Of a DNA stretch of 64,000 nt, positions 47,840 through 59,374 are shown in pieces. This DNA comes from Smithella sp. GTDB taxonomy: Bacteria > Desulfobacterota > Syntrophia > Syntrophales > Smithellaceae. Below the pieces are notes generated by a model. It was given only the letters and a program-made list of their open reading frames with translations. It was not told where the DNA came from and searched no databases. The stretch covers positions 70,178-134,177 of the forward strand of contig JAGPFC010000002.1 of the NCBI GenBank assembly GCA_018056685.1, in the 5' to 3' direction. The stretch's first letter is position 1; each line of letters begins with the position of its first letter. The position numbers and the translations under genes were made by a program.

Positions 47840-47938
47840 CGGTTTTCTTTCTTTTTGCCGGTTGATTATCTATGAAGTTTATTATATAAGCTCGCGGCAT
47901 AATGCTACATCATCTTAATTTTCATCAAGGAAAAGGAC

Positions 47939-49873
47939 ATGGGGAAAAATCTGGTTGAAAAAATTCTTGCACAACACCTGGTCGCCGGAAATCTCATCGA
48001 CGGTAAAGAAGTCGGTATTCACATTGATCAGACTCTGACTCAGGACGCCACAGGAACGATGGCTTATCTGCAATTTGAAGCGATGAAAGTTCCCCGTGTA
48101 AAAACAGAACTGTCTGTTAGTTACATTGATCACAACACCATTCAAATCGGTTTTGAAAACGCGGACGACCATCGTTATCTGCAAAGCGTGGCCCGAAAAT
48201 ACGGTATCTTTTTTTCCCGGGCGGGAAATGGCATCTGCCATCAAATTCATCTGGAAAGGTTCGGGAAACCGGGCAAAACCCTGATCGGTTCGGACAGCCA
48301 TACTCCAACATGCGGAGCGCTGTGCATGATCGCCATCGGCGCGGGAGGTCTGGATGTGGCCTTGGCGATGGCCGGCAATCCTTTTTATCTGGTCTGCCCC
48401 AAAGTCATTAAAATCAATCTTACGGGAAAACTCAAACCGTGGGTTTCCGCCAAGGATGTCATCCTGAAAGTACTGGAAATATTTACCACCAAAGGAAACG
48501 TGAATACGATTTTCGAATACGGCGGAAAAGGAGCGGAATCACTAACCGTTCCCGAACGGGCCACCATTGCCAATATGGGTGCGGAGTGCGGCGTGACCAC
48601 TTCCATTTTTCCCAGTGACAACATGACCCGCCTATTTTTGCGCTCCCAAAAAAGAGAAAGAGACTTTGTCGAATTCAAGGCCGACAAAGACGCTCCGTAT
48701 GTGAAAGTCGTGAATATAGATCTGGCCAAGGTAGAACCTTTAACGGCCGGACCGCATAGCCCGGACAACATTATCCCCGTCAGAAAGATGAAAAAAATTG
48801 ATGTTCACCAGGTCTGCCTGGGCAGTTGCACCAATTCTTCATATAAAGATCTGGTGACAGTGGCCAGGATTTTAAAAGGCAAAACAGTTCATCCCGATGT
48901 CAGTTTTGTAATAGCGCCCGGATCCAGACAGGTTCTGGAAGCCCTGTCTGACGATGGTTATCTGACCGATTTGATCGCCTCCGGAGCAAGGTTGATGGAA
49001 AACGCCTGCGGTTTCTGTATCGGCAACAGTCAGAGCCCGCAATCCGGCGGTGTATCCCTGCGCACATCCAACCGCAATTTTCTGGGACGATCCGGAACCA
49101 TGGATGCCAATGTTTATCTGGTCAGTCCGGAAACAGCAGCGGCCGCGGTTATCACCGGCGAATTTACCGATCCACGCGATCTGAGAATCCGCTACCCGAA
49201 AGTGACCATGCCGAAGAAATTTTCCATTGATGATTCCATGATCATCCGGCCGGTCAAGAAAGATAAGGATGCAGAAGTTCTGCGCGGCCCGAATATCGGG
49301 ATTCTTCCGCGCAGTCCGGAACTGGCCGATACAATCCACGGGCTGGTCACGATTAAGGTCGGCGATAAAATCACGACGGATCATATCATTCCGGCCGGCG
49401 CCCGGATGAAATACCGTTCCAATATTCCCAAGTACTCCGAATTTGTTTTTGAAAATGTTGATCCGACGTTCGCCAAACGGGCCATGTCCATCCGTCAGGA
49501 CGGAAAACAAAACATTATCGTGGCGGGACATTCCTACGGTCAGGGCTCTTCGCGGGAACATGCCGCCCTGTGCCCGATGTACCTGGGCGTCCGCGCGGTC
49601 ATCGCCAAGTCTTTCGAACGGATTCACGCCGCCAATCTGATCAACTTCGGCATCCTGCCGCTGACCTTTAGCGCGGAGAGCGACTATGATTATATCAGTC
49701 AGGAAGATATTCTTGAAATGACTGAAGTAAAAAAGACCATTGCGGGCGATGGGAAATTTTTAATGAGAAACAAGACCAAAGGCACCGCTTTTTATGCAAC
49801 CTGCATTTTGTCCGAGAGGCAAAAACAGATCATCCTGGCCGGCGGCGCCCTGAATATGACCAATGAAGAATAA
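47939..49873 (+). CDS. aconitate hydratase (about 640-aa short-form aconitase)
   Basis: 644 aa. Aconitase domains with Fe-S ligand contexts ([23 protein letters not shown]) and a swivel domain. Confidence 0.85.
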   Translation: MGKNLVEKILAQHLVAGNLIDGKEVGIHIDQTLTQDATGTMAYLQFEAMKVPRVKTELSVSYIDHNTIQIGFENADDHRYLQSVARKYGIFFSRAGNGICHQIHLERFGKPGKTLIGSDSHTPTCGALCMIAIGAGGLDVALAMAGNPFYLVCPKVIKINLTGKLKPWVSAKDVILKVLEIFTTKGNVNTIFEYGGKGAESLTVPERATIANMGAECGVTTSIFPSDNMTRLFLRSQKRERDFVEFKADKDAPYVKVVNIDLAKVEPLTAGPHSPDNIIPVRKMKKIDVHQVCLGSCTNSSYKDLVTVARILKGKTVHPDVSFVIAPGSRQVLEALSDDGYLTDLIASGARLMENACGFCIGNSQSPQSGGVSLRTSNRNFLGRSGTMDANVYLVSPETAAAAVITGEFTDPRDLRIRYPKVTMPKKFSIDDSMIIRPVKKDKDAEVLRGPNIGILPRSPELADTIHGLVTIKVGDKITTDHIIPAGARMKYRSNIPKYSEFVFENVDPTFAKRAMSIRQDGKQNIIVAGHSYGQGSSREHAALCPMYLGVRAVIAKSFERIHAANLINFGILPLTFSAESDYDYISQEDILEMTEVKKTIAGDGKFLMRNKTKGTAFYATCILSERQKQIILAGGALNMTNEE

Positions 49874-49890
49874 GGAGCAGTAATTTTTTT

Positions 49891-51111
49891 ATGGCGAAGA
49901 AAATCAAAGTGAAAACCACCGTCGTCGAAATGGACGGCGATGAAATGACCCGTGTCATGTGGCAGATGGTCAAGGAAAAACTTCTTTTTCCGTATCTAGA
50001 CATGGATATTGATTATTATGATCTGCATGTAAAACACCGCGATGACACTGACGATCAGGTAACGGTCGATTCAGCCAAAGCGATTATGAAATACGGTGTC
50101 GGCATTAAATGCGCCACCATCACGCCCAACGAGGACCGGGTCACGGAATACAATCTCAAGAAAGCCTGGAAAAGCCCCAACGGCACCATCCGTGCCATGC
50201 TGGATGGCACGGTTTTCCGGAAACCCATTCTGGTCAACAATATCAAACCGAATGTTTCGTCGTGGAAAAAACCCATCGTCATCGGCCGCCACGCCTACGG
50301 TGATGTTTACAGCAACACGGAATTTGATGTTCCCTCCGCCGGAAAACTCGAACTGGTTTTTACCCCGCAGGACGGAAGCAAATCCGTCAGCGTTCCGGTC
50401 TTTGATTTTCCCGGCAGGGGAATCGCCCAGGTGAATTATAATCTGGAGCAATCCATCCTGAGCTTTGCCCGGGCCTGTTTCACCTACGCCTTGAGCGAAA
50501 AGATTGATGTGTGGTTTTCCACCAAAGATACCATTTCCAAGATATACGACGCGGGATTCCGTGAAATCTTCCAGCAGGAATTCGATAAAAACTGGAAGGA
50601 TAAATTCGACAAGGCGGGCATTGAATATTTTTTCACCCTGATTGACGATGCCGTGGCGCGCATTATGAAAAGCGAAGGCGGGATGCTCTGGGCGCTGAAG
50701 AATTACGACGGCGACGTCATGTCGGATATGGTTGCTTCCGCCTGCGGATCGCTGGCGATGATGACCTCGGTGCTGGTTTCCCCCAACGGCTGGTTTGAAT
50801 ACGAAGCCGCTCACGGCACGGTGCAAAAACACTACTACAAGCACTTAAAAGGTGAAGAAACATCGAGCAATTCGATGGCGCTCATTTTTGCCTGGTCCGG
50901 CGGTCTGCGCAAGCGCGGCGAGATGGACGGCACACCGGATGTCATCAGGTTTGCCGATAAGCTTGAAGAAGCGGCTCTTGCCACGGTCGAGGGCGGCATC
51001 ATGACGGGCGATTTGCTTTTGCTCGCAGAAAAGAAATCTTCCAATAAAAAAGTCAACACGGAAGGATTCATTGACGCCATCGCCGAGACACTGCAAAAGA
51101 TGCTTGAATGA
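49891..51111 (+). CDS. icd: NADP-dependent isocitrate dehydrogenase (eukaryotic-like type)
   Basis: 406 aa. Begins ...[21 protein letters not shown]. Also [13 protein letters not shown] and NYDGDVMSD. Confidence 0.92.
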   Translation: MAKKIKVKTTVVEMDGDEMTRVMWQMVKEKLLFPYLDMDIDYYDLHVKHRDDTDDQVTVDSAKAIMKYGVGIKCATITPNEDRVTEYNLKKAWKSPNGTIRAMLDGTVFRKPILVNNIKPNVSSWKKPIVIGRHAYGDVYSNTEFDVPSAGKLELVFTPQDGSKSVSVPVFDFPGRGIAQVNYNLEQSILSFARACFTYALSEKIDVWFSTKDTISKIYDAGFREIFQQEFDKNWKDKFDKAGIEYFFTLIDDAVARIMKSEGGMLWALKNYDGDVMSDMVASACGSLAMMTSVLVSPNGWFEYEAAHGTVQKHYYKHLKGEETSSNSMALIFAWSGGLRKRGEMDGTPDVIRFADKLEEAALATVEGGIMTGDLLLLAEKKSSNKKVNTEGFIDAIAETLQKMLE

Positions 51112-52160
51112 TTAAAAGTGCCACCAATCAGCTTCCCAATCTACTTGATTTTACCCTGGAGGAAATGGAGGAATTCATTTCCGCTCTGGGCAAGGAAAAA
51201 TTCCGTGCACCGCAGATTATGAAATGGCTGTACCAATCCGGCAGCATTTCATTTGACACCATGACCACGCTTTCCCGTGATTTTCGTACAAAGCTTTCCG
51301 AAATCGCGCGCATCAGCCGTCCCCAAATTGTCAAGGTTCAGAAATCCAAAGACGGAACGAAAAAAGCGCTTTTGCGCCTGGAAGACGGACTTTACATTGA
51401 AAGCGTTCTCATCCCGGGAAAGAATAACTGGACGATTTGCGTATCCACGCAGGCCGGTTGCGCTATGGATTGCCAGTTCTGCCTGACGGCACGTCAGGGC
51501 TTTAAAAGAAATCTGCATCCTTCGGAAATCACCGGTCAGATTTTAACACTTCAATACGAGATGCCGGAATGCCCTGAAATTAAAAACATTGTCATGATGG
51601 GCATGGGCGAACCGCTGGCCAATTATGAAAATGTTGTAAAAGCGATAAAAAATATCACCTGTGATTTCGGTCTCGGATTTTCCAACCGCAAAGTAACCGT
51701 TTCCACCTGCGGTCTGGCGCCGCAAATTATCAGGCTGGGGAAGGATATCTGCATCAATCTTGCTGTGTCACTCAACGCCCATGATAATGAAACCAGAAGC
51801 CGGTTGATGCCGATTAACAAAAAATATCCTCTGGACGTCCTGCTGGAAGCCTGTAAAAAATATCCCATGCCCGGACGCCGATTACTGACATTCGAATACA
51901 TTTTAATAGATGGAATTAATTCTTCCGTTCGGGATGCAAAAAAACTGGCCGCTTTATTGAAAGACCAGCGCTGCAAGTTGAATTTGATTGTCTTCAATGA
52001 ATATCCCGGATCGCCTTTCAAATCCCCATCGCCAAAAATTGTGGAAGCTTTCCAGAAAACGTTGATTGATGATCACTACACAACCATGCTCCGTGCCAGC
52101 AAGGGCAGCGATATCCTGGCCGCCTGTGGCCAACTCAGCGGCGCCTTTGGCATCCAATAA
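51108..52160 (+). CDS. rlmN: 23S rRNA/tRNA (adenine-C2)-methyltransferase RlmN (radical SAM)
   Basis: 350 aa. [28 protein letters not shown] and a C-terminal ...AACGQL motif. ATGA overlap with the icd stop. Confidence 0.92.
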   Translation: MIKSATNQLPNLLDFTLEEMEEFISALGKEKFRAPQIMKWLYQSGSISFDTMTTLSRDFRTKLSEIARISRPQIVKVQKSKDGTKKALLRLEDGLYIESVLIPGKNNWTICVSTQAGCAMDCQFCLTARQGFKRNLHPSEITGQILTLQYEMPECPEIKNIVMMGMGEPLANYENVVKAIKNITCDFGLGFSNRKVTVSTCGLAPQIIRLGKDICINLAVSLNAHDNETRSRLMPINKKYPLDVLLEACKKYPMPGRRLLTFEYILIDGINSSVRDAKKLAALLKDQRCKLNLIVFNEYPGSPFKSPSPKIVEAFQKTLIDDHYTTMLRASKGSDILAACGQLSGAFGIQ

Positions 52161-52261
52161 ATTGGCGCAAACCGTTGCGCCTCAAAAAGTATTTGATAAT
52201 TTTCGGCAAATATTCTTTTATCATTGAAATGCTTCAACAGAGATGATGTGATTCTAACACA

Positions 52262-54601
52262 ATGAACCTGTTTCAGTTTGATCGTAAAATATCATGGTGC
52301 CTGGTATTATGGGTCCTGGCTGTTTTCACGGCAGCTGTGTTTGCCGACGTTTTATTCTCCAAAAATCTTATTCTCTCCGGCGATTCCATGGACATCGCCA
52401 AGCAGTTCTTTTACTGGAGGGATTTCGGTTTCAGCCAATTGAAGCACGGGAATCTCGCCCTCTGGAATCCTCACATATTTTCAGGTGCTCCATTCATGGG
52501 AGGCTTCCAGTCGGCTCTTCTCTATCCGCCCAACTTTCTCTATTTATTATTTCCGGTGCAAAAAGCCATCAACCTCAGCATTGCCCTGCATGTTCTGCTC
52601 ATTGGTTTTTTTATGTACCTCTGGACAACCTATCGCAATCTGCATCCACTGGCTTGTCTGAGCTCGGCCATCATGCTGATGTTCAGCGGCGCTTATTTCC
52701 TGCATATTTACGCCGGTCATCTCTCCAATTTATGCACGCTGGCGTGGGTACCTCTGCTTTTTTTATGCATCGACAGGTTATTTGATCAGCGATCGTTGAA
52801 ATGGTCTCTCATCTGTGTTTTTACCGTCACCATGCTCGTTCTGGCCGGACATCCGCAATATGTCTATTACACAGCGCTGGCCGCCGGCATTTATACCGTC
52901 CTTTGCCTGATCAGGGCCAATCATCGGACCGGCATCATCGGCAGCCTTTTCCTGATCTGCCTGGGAAGTCTGACACTGGCTGCCGTGCAGATTTTAAGCG
53001 GTCTTGATGCCGCCTCAGAAAGCATGCGCAGCGCCGTGTCCTATCAGTACACGGCAAGCTTCTCTTTCCCTCCGGAAAATATCATGACCCTTCTCGTTCC
53101 TGATTTTTTCGGGGACATGAAGCATATGGATTATTGGGGTCGTTTCTATCTCTGGGAAATGTGTCTTTTTATCGGCGTCACCGGCACAATGCTGGCGGCT
53201 TACGGTGTATTTTATGGAGAATCTTCGAAACGGCGTTATTCCCTCACGATGGTCATCATTCTTTTTATCCTTGCCCTTGGCGTTCACACGCCTTTTTTTC
53301 AAATGCTTTATCACAGCCTTCCCGGATTTAATCATTTCCGGGGAACATCAAAATTTATTTCCTTACTAACCGTATTTCTCATCATGCTGTCCGCCATCGG
53401 GCTGGACGATTTGATACGCACCAAACGTAGTAGCTTGCTGGCGACGGCCGTCATTTTCATCACGGGCGTAATTCTTCTGGCTGCACTGCTCTGGTTATCG
53501 ATGGGTATCAAAGATGCGAATTCAACAAATTTATGGCAGCAATTCTTAACCTATATTTTGAACACCCGGGAAGCAGGCACCAATCCGCGTTTTTACGCAG
53601 ATCCCGATTTCATCAAGATGTCCGCCGCATTCACCGTCAAGGCGTTGCTGCGTTCAGCGTTGCTGTGCTTCCTGCTGCTGATTTTATTCTTTGCCGCCAG
53701 ATATCGTCGCGTTTTTGCCTATCTGATTGCCGTTGTGGCTATTGCTGAAATGTTCCTCTTCGCCAACGCCTCCAAACAGTCATTCGATTTTAATAGGTTG
53801 AAAGAAAACGACATCGCGACCTTTTTACAGCAACATCCCGGAGATTATCGTATCTTTAATTATGCCCAGCCCAACAGCGCCATGTCCCTCGGTGCTCAAG
53901 ATATCTGGGGGTACGATTCCGCCGTGCCTCTTCGTTACGCCGAGTTCATGCATTTTGCGCAACCGGGATTGAATCCCGACAATGCCGCTCAATATCTCGA
54001 TTTTGAAAAGCATAAAAGTCTGCTGGACATGCTCCGATGCCGTTATTTTTTCATCCCGCAGCACGGTCAGAATATAGTTCTGGAATCCAAAAACATCATG
54101 AATCACATTCATCTTGTTCCACAATGGCGGATCATGGGTAATCGCGATGATATCTTCAGAGCCATGGAAAATCCGGACTTTGATCCCCGCAAGATCGTCT
54201 TTCTGGAGTCGGCTCCTGATATAGAACCGAATGCGTACGGCATAACAGGAGAGTGCACAATCGAAAACTCTTCCACCGATCATTTAACCATTCATGCCAC
54301 CCTGGGACAGCCTGCCATGTTGCTCATTACCGATACATACAGCAAGGGCTGGCGCGTCAAACCTCTCGCCGGCAGCATACAAAACCACTATCGCATCATG
54401 CCCGCTAATTATGCGCTGATGGCGATTCCCCTGACTGCCGGAAAGCATCATTGCCGCCTCGAATATCAGCCCAAATCTTTTGTAGTAGGGAAATGGATAT
54501 CTTTGTCCGCTTTGGCGATTTATCTTTTGCTTGTTTTCGTAGCTGTCCGAAAATCACTGATCCTGAAAAGAAACACTCCTCTTCCTGAACAAAGGCAATA
54601 G
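52262..54601 (+). CDS. YfhO-like polytopic membrane protein (GT-C-type glycosyltransferase candidate)
   Basis: 779 aa. Many N-terminal TM segments, the LALWNPHIFSGAPFMGGFQSALLYPPN motif typical of the YfhO family, a large C-terminal extracytoplasmic domain and a final TM segment. Confidence 0.6.
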   Translation: MNLFQFDRKISWCLVLWVLAVFTAAVFADVLFSKNLILSGDSMDIAKQFFYWRDFGFSQLKHGNLALWNPHIFSGAPFMGGFQSALLYPPNFLYLLFPVQKAINLSIALHVLLIGFFMYLWTTYRNLHPLACLSSAIMLMFSGAYFLHIYAGHLSNLCTLAWVPLLFLCIDRLFDQRSLKWSLICVFTVTMLVLAGHPQYVYYTALAAGIYTVLCLIRANHRTGIIGSLFLICLGSLTLAAVQILSGLDAASESMRSAVSYQYTASFSFPPENIMTLLVPDFFGDMKHMDYWGRFYLWEMCLFIGVTGTMLAAYGVFYGESSKRRYSLTMVIILFILALGVHTPFFQMLYHSLPGFNHFRGTSKFISLLTVFLIMLSAIGLDDLIRTKRSSLLATAVIFITGVILLAALLWLSMGIKDANSTNLWQQFLTYILNTREAGTNPRFYADPDFIKMSAAFTVKALLRSALLCFLLLILFFAARYRRVFAYLIAVVAIAEMFLFANASKQSFDFNRLKENDIATFLQQHPGDYRIFNYAQPNSAMSLGAQDIWGYDSAVPLRYAEFMHFAQPGLNPDNAAQYLDFEKHKSLLDMLRCRYFFIPQHGQNIVLESKNIMNHIHLVPQWRIMGNRDDIFRAMENPDFDPRKIVFLESAPDIEPNAYGITGECTIENSSTDHLTIHATLGQPAMLLITDTYSKGWRVKPLAGSIQNHYRIMPANYALMAIPLTAGKHHCRLEYQPKSFVVGKWISLSALAIYLLLVFVAVRKSLILKRNTPLPEQRQ

Positions 54602-54610
54602 ATTGGGCTC

Positions 54611-55915
54611 ATGAATAATGACTTCTTCTCTCCAATGAGTAAACCCATGAATTCGCAAACGGCGCTGATATTTTATTATACAAAAGAAAACCGCAACAGC
54701 TATAATGCTCTGGCCGGGGCCATAGAAAAACATCCGGATGTAAAGAACATTGACGTCTGTTTTTTTACCGGTGAAAAAGAACTTTTTCAGGAAATTCCCA
54801 CTGTTCTCAAAAATCATCAAAAAACAATCATCGGCCTATCCTTTTCCACACCGCAGTTCTGGCAGATCAAAGGCCTGGTTGAAAGATTAAAGAAAAGCGG
54901 CAATTCTAAAGCCATGTTTCTTGCCGGAGGGCCGCATCCCACAGGGGATCCTCATGGAACTTTAAAAATCGGGTTTGACCTGGTCATCAACGGCGAGGGA
55001 GAAGAAACGCTCGTCGAATTATTGCGTAAAATAAACAACCATGAAGATTATCTGAAAATGAAAGGGATTTCGTATCTTGATGAAAACGGATATTACGTCT
55101 TCACCGGTATGCGTGAGCCGATTAACATAAGCCATTATTTTCCGGTATCCGATTTCTTTTCAAAACACGGACCGATTGAAATTACGCGGGGATGTCCTTT
55201 TGGGTGCCGCTATTGCCAGGTTTCTCATTTATTCGGGAGAAAACCGCGACACCGAAGCATTGAAAACATTCTGGAGTGCGTTAAGCTGTTCAAAAAATAC
55301 AAGTCACCTTACCTCAGATTCATTACACCTGACGCTTTTGCGTACGGTTCGGAAGACGGCAGAAACATCCATTATGAAAAGCTGGATACCCTATTGTCAG
55401 GCATCAGGAGTCTTGTGGGAAGGCATGGAGAAGTGTTCTTCGGCAGTTTTCCGTCGGAAGTCCGGCCGGAACACGTCAATCCCGATACGGTGAAACTTGT
55501 GAAAAAATACGCCGATAACGACAATCTGGTTATCGGCGCGCAGTCGGGCAGTCAAAGACTTCTTGATGTTGTCCACAGAGGACATGATGTCGAATCGATA
55601 TACAAAGCCGTTGACGCCACTCTGCTGGCGGGACTGAAAGTCAATGTGGATTTTATTTTTGGCCTGCCCGGAGAAACGGATGAAGACATGTCCTCAACAC
55701 TGAAAGTGATTAAAGACCTGCATCAATCCGGCGCCAAAATTCACGCCCATACGTTCATTCCGCTTCCTCAAACTCCGCTAAAAGACGAAAATACTGTCCG
55801 GACAAGTTCTGCTTTAAGAAAAGAAATCAACAGGCTTTGTGCCAATGGAATGATCTATGGCCTATGGCGCAAACAGGAAAAAATGGCGTCTATGATTGCC
55901 ATGAAGCTGCATTAG
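54611..55915 (+). CDS. B12-binding-domain radical SAM protein (uncharacterised)
   Basis: 434 aa. Rossmann-like N-terminal domain (FLAGGPHPTGDP...INGEGEE), then ITRGCPFGCRYCQVS (CxxxCxxC). Lies 9 nt downstream of the YfhO-like gene. Confidence 0.75.
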   Translation: MNNDFFSPMSKPMNSQTALIFYYTKENRNSYNALAGAIEKHPDVKNIDVCFFTGEKELFQEIPTVLKNHQKTIIGLSFSTPQFWQIKGLVERLKKSGNSKAMFLAGGPHPTGDPHGTLKIGFDLVINGEGEETLVELLRKINNHEDYLKMKGISYLDENGYYVFTGMREPINISHYFPVSDFFSKHGPIEITRGCPFGCRYCQVSHLFGRKPRHRSIENILECVKLFKKYKSPYLRFITPDAFAYGSEDGRNIHYEKLDTLLSGIRSLVGRHGEVFFGSFPSEVRPEHVNPDTVKLVKKYADNDNLVIGAQSGSQRLLDVVHRGHDVESIYKAVDATLLAGLKVNVDFIFGLPGETDEDMSSTLKVIKDLHQSGAKIHAHTFIPLPQTPLKDENTVRTSSALRKEINRLCANGMIYGLWRKQEKMASMIAMKLH

Positions 55916-55918
55916 CCT

Positions 55919-56212
55919 TTACACGCATTCTTCTTCCAGCGGGAAAGTAAACGCCCTTAACCCCGCGCGCGGATGTTCGACTTTTAATTTTCTGACCAGT
56001 TCGCAAAGTGGTTTAATTTTTTCATCGTTCACGGCCATCATCAAAGCGTTATTATTTCCCGGCCAGTAATGCGTTCCCAGTTTAGGCTCAGTTTCTTCCC
56101 CTTCACCCGTTAATTCACTCATTCTTGTGTAAGCTTTAAATCCTGATTTTTTAAAAGCGGCAACAATATCCTCATCGGCCGCTTCGGAATAAATAACCAA
56201 AAACATTTTCAT
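55919..56212 (-). CDS. small ferredoxin-like/P-II-like protein at the 3' end of the RND operon (resembles transporter-associated PG0541-type proteins, from memory)
   Basis: 97 aa. The beta-alpha-beta pattern MKMFLVIYSEAADEDIVAAFKKSGFKAYTRMSELTGEGEE... is followed by a second half. Same strand as the RND permease, 53 nt downstream. Confidence 0.5.
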   Translation of the reverse strand: MKMFLVIYSEAADEDIVAAFKKSGFKAYTRMSELTGEGEETEPKLGTHYWPGNNNALMMAVNDEKIKPLCELVRKLKVEHPRAGLRAFTFPLEEECV

Positions 56213-56265
56213 ATTATGACCTCACTCCTGGAAAATATTTTTCAAACTTTTCCTTTAAAGAGCAA

Positions 56266-59200
56266 TCAACCGGCTTTTTTCGCGCGTCTCTTTTTAAAAT
56301 ATTCCTGCCAGTCATCAAAGATGTCATACGCTGCCGGTACAACCACCAGCGTCAGGATCAGAGAAGTCAACAAGCCGCCGATGACTGCAATGCCCATCGG
56401 AGCGCGGGTTTCCGCGCCTTCGCCGACGGCAAACGCAATCGGCAACATGCCGAAAATCATGGCGAAGGTGGTCATCAGGATGGGCCGCATTCTGACCGGA
56501 CCGGCCTGCAAAATCGCCTCACGACGCGACATGCCGCGCTCCCGCAAAACATTGGTGTAATCCACCAGCAGGATCGCGTTTTTCTTCACCAGCCCCATCA
56601 GAAGAATTAAACCGATCAGACTGAAGATATTGAGTGTCTTTCCTGTAACAAACAGCGCTCCAAAAGCTCCGATGAATGACATGGGCATGGACAGCAAAAT
56701 GGTTACGGGATGAATAAAACTTTCAAACTGTGAAGCCAGAATCATGTAGGCCATGACGATACCGAGCATCAGGGCAAAAAGCAGATAAACGAAAGATTCC
56801 TGCATGACTTCGGCCATACCATAATACTTCGGCACATAATCCGCCGGCAGAATGCGTGCAGCAATCGCATTCAGTTCATTTTGAGCCTCACCCAGGGGTT
56901 TGCCTTCCAGCGAAGCAAAAATGGTGATCGCGCGCTGTCGATCAGCCCGATTGATGACACTGGGCCCTGTTCCTTCCTGTAACTTGACCACATTGCCCAG
57001 TTCCACAAGTTTGCCATCGCGCGCGCGCACATAAATTCTCTGCAGGGCGTCACTGCTTGCACGATCCTCTCGATTTAACCGCACCCGGACATCATAACGC
57101 TTTCCCTTTTTCTCGTCCTTATAACGCGCGATATCCAGCTCTCCTCCGATCAGCAAGTTGATGGCTTCCGCGACCGTGGCAACGTCCACCCCCAGATCCG
57201 CCGCCTTGTCACGGTCAATATAGACCTTGAACTCCGGCTTGCCCACTTCCAGTGATGTATCCACATCCACAATACCCGGCAGTTTGGCAAATTCCGCACT
57301 TATCTGTTTGGCATATTTCTGCAATTCGGCTAAATCCTGTCCACGAATACTGTATTGAATCGGCACCTGCCTGATACCGCCACCGACCAGCGAGATATCT
57401 TCCGCGGAAGCTTTCATGCCGGGAATTCGCTTAAGTTTCATACGCGCTATTTTTTTGATATCCTCCTGGCTGTTGGTTCGTTCGGCCTTGGGCAGCAACG
57501 TGACCATAATTCTTCCCTTGTTGGTTTCGCTTTGAATGCCCTGGACATAAAAAACCGATTTGACTCCGGGAAATTCTTTAATCATTTTCTCCGTCTCGCC
57601 GAAATATCTTTCGACCTGATCAACGGAATAATCAATCGGCGCTTCCATGCGCACAATAAAATTGCCCTGATCCTCGGGCGGAAGGAATTCTTTGCCCAAA
57701 CCGAACACCGCTAACAAAATGCTCAACACAAAGATAAGCAGCGCCGCTACAAGCATTGTTTTTCGATATTGAAGGGAAAATTCCAGAACACGACGATAAA
57801 ATGTTTCCAGCCGTTTGTAATGCTTTTCCAGAAAATCGCCGGCTTTCTTAAAAAAAGAAACGCGCGCCGCATTTGTTGCAGCACCGGCATGCCGCATCGT
57901 ATGAGGTTTCAGAAAGATGGAGGCCATCATCGGCGTCAGCGTAAATGAAACAAGGAGGGAGACCATCACGGCAAAGACGATGGTCAGGGCGAATTGCAGA
58001 AAGAAATCTGCCGATAATTCCTTTCATAAAAGCAACCGGTAAAAAGATGGCCACAATCGCCAGCGTCGTGGCCATAACCGCCAATCCGATTTCTGACGTG
58101 GCGAATTTGGCCGCCTCCATGGGCGCCATACCTTCTTCCACGTGCCGGTAAATATTTTCGATGACGATAATCGCATCGTCAATCAACAGACCGACCGAAA
58201 GCGACAACGCCAGCATCGTCATATTGTTGAAGGTGAAGTTGAAAGCATTGATGATGGCAAACGTGGAAATGATAGAGACAGGCAGCGCCACGGCGCTGAT
58301 TAAAGTTGTCCGTATGTTCTTCAAAAAAAGAAAAACGGCCAGAATGGCAAAGAGACTGCCGAGAATCAAGTGGTGTTGCACCTCGTTGATGGAACGAACG
58401 ATAAAGACAGACTGATCGACCGAGATGTTGAGTTTCATGCCGGGGGGGAGTGTTTTGTTGATTTTCTCCACTTCTTTTTTCACCCGGTCAGCAACGGCCA
58501 CCGTATTGGTTCCCGACTGTTTCTGAATACCCATACCGACGGCAGGGATGCCGTTGAAACGGGCAAGCGACCTTCTTTCTTCCGTACCGTCCTCCGCCCG
58601 TCCGATATCTTTTATTTTTACCGGCGCGCCATTATAATAACTGACAATCAAATCGTTAAAATCAGGGATCTGGGGGAATTCTCCCTTAATCCGGACCGTA
58701 TATTCCTTGGTGTCCGTTTCGATGCGTCCACCGGGCAGTTCGATGTTTTCGCGCTTGAGAGCGAGGACAACATCAGACGGCGCAATCTGATAGGCTTGCA
58801 TTTTGGCTGCATCCAGCCAGATGCGCACCTGCCTGAGCCGTAATCCGTAAAAGTTGACATTACCGACGCCGTTAATTCTCTGGAGCTGTTCCTTCAGAAC
58901 TTCATCGGCATAGGTGGAAAGATCCCGGATCGATTTATTTCCGGAAAGATTCATAAATAAAATCGGCGTCGAATCGGGATCCACCTTGGCAATTCTCGGT
59001 TCTTCGATGTCTTCCGGTAACTTATTGCGGATCTCCGAAACTTTTTCACGCACATCCTGAACAGCCAGATCAATATCCCGCTCCAGCACAAATTCCACGA
59101 TCGTGCGGGAGACACTTTCCGTGCTCGTTGACGTAATGGTTTTTACACCGTTAATCGTGTTGACGGCGCCTTCAATCCTGTCGGCCACGTCAACGTCCAT

Positions 59201-59374
59201 GACATCGGGACTGGCACCCTTGAGGGTGGTGGTAATGGTGACAATAGGAAAATCAATTTTGGGAAAAAGATCGACGCCGATGCTGGGATAACTGACAATC
59301 CCCAGTACCACCAGCGCCATAATGACCATGGTGGCAAAAACCGGACGTTTGACCGATGTATCAGCGAGCCACAT
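56266..59374 (-). pseudogene. HAE1-type RND efflux permease (AcrB family) interrupted by a 1-nt frameshift near 58004-58006
   Basis: Track ORFs 57848..59374 (508 aa, N-terminal half) and 56266..57969 (567 aa, C-terminal half) overlap in different frames. Deleting one T of the minus-strand AGA-TTT-C gives a continuous ...[34 protein letters not shown]... Confidence 0.85.

Noticed and set aside
50071-50844. Long antisense ORFs inside well-supported genes: 50071..50844 (257 aa, opposite icd), 48872..49627 (251 aa, opposite aconitase), 39048..39704 (218 aa, opposite the PflX-type rSAM), 33632..34171 (opposite the acyl-CoA ligase), 61217..61837 and 62512..63039 (opposite the TolC genes).
   Set aside because: The sense-strand products carry unambiguous family motifs. 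The antisense translations are low-complexity and Arg/Gly/His-rich with no recognisable motifs, which is typical of stop-poor antisense frames.
57990-58020. Programmed +1 ribosomal frameshift in the RND permease at AGA-UUU-C.
   Set aside because: There is no slow or stop codon after the slip site, no upstream SD-like stimulator that I can see, and no precedent for recoding in RND pumps. A mutation or sequence error is more parsimonious. It is kept as a finding only as a frameshift.
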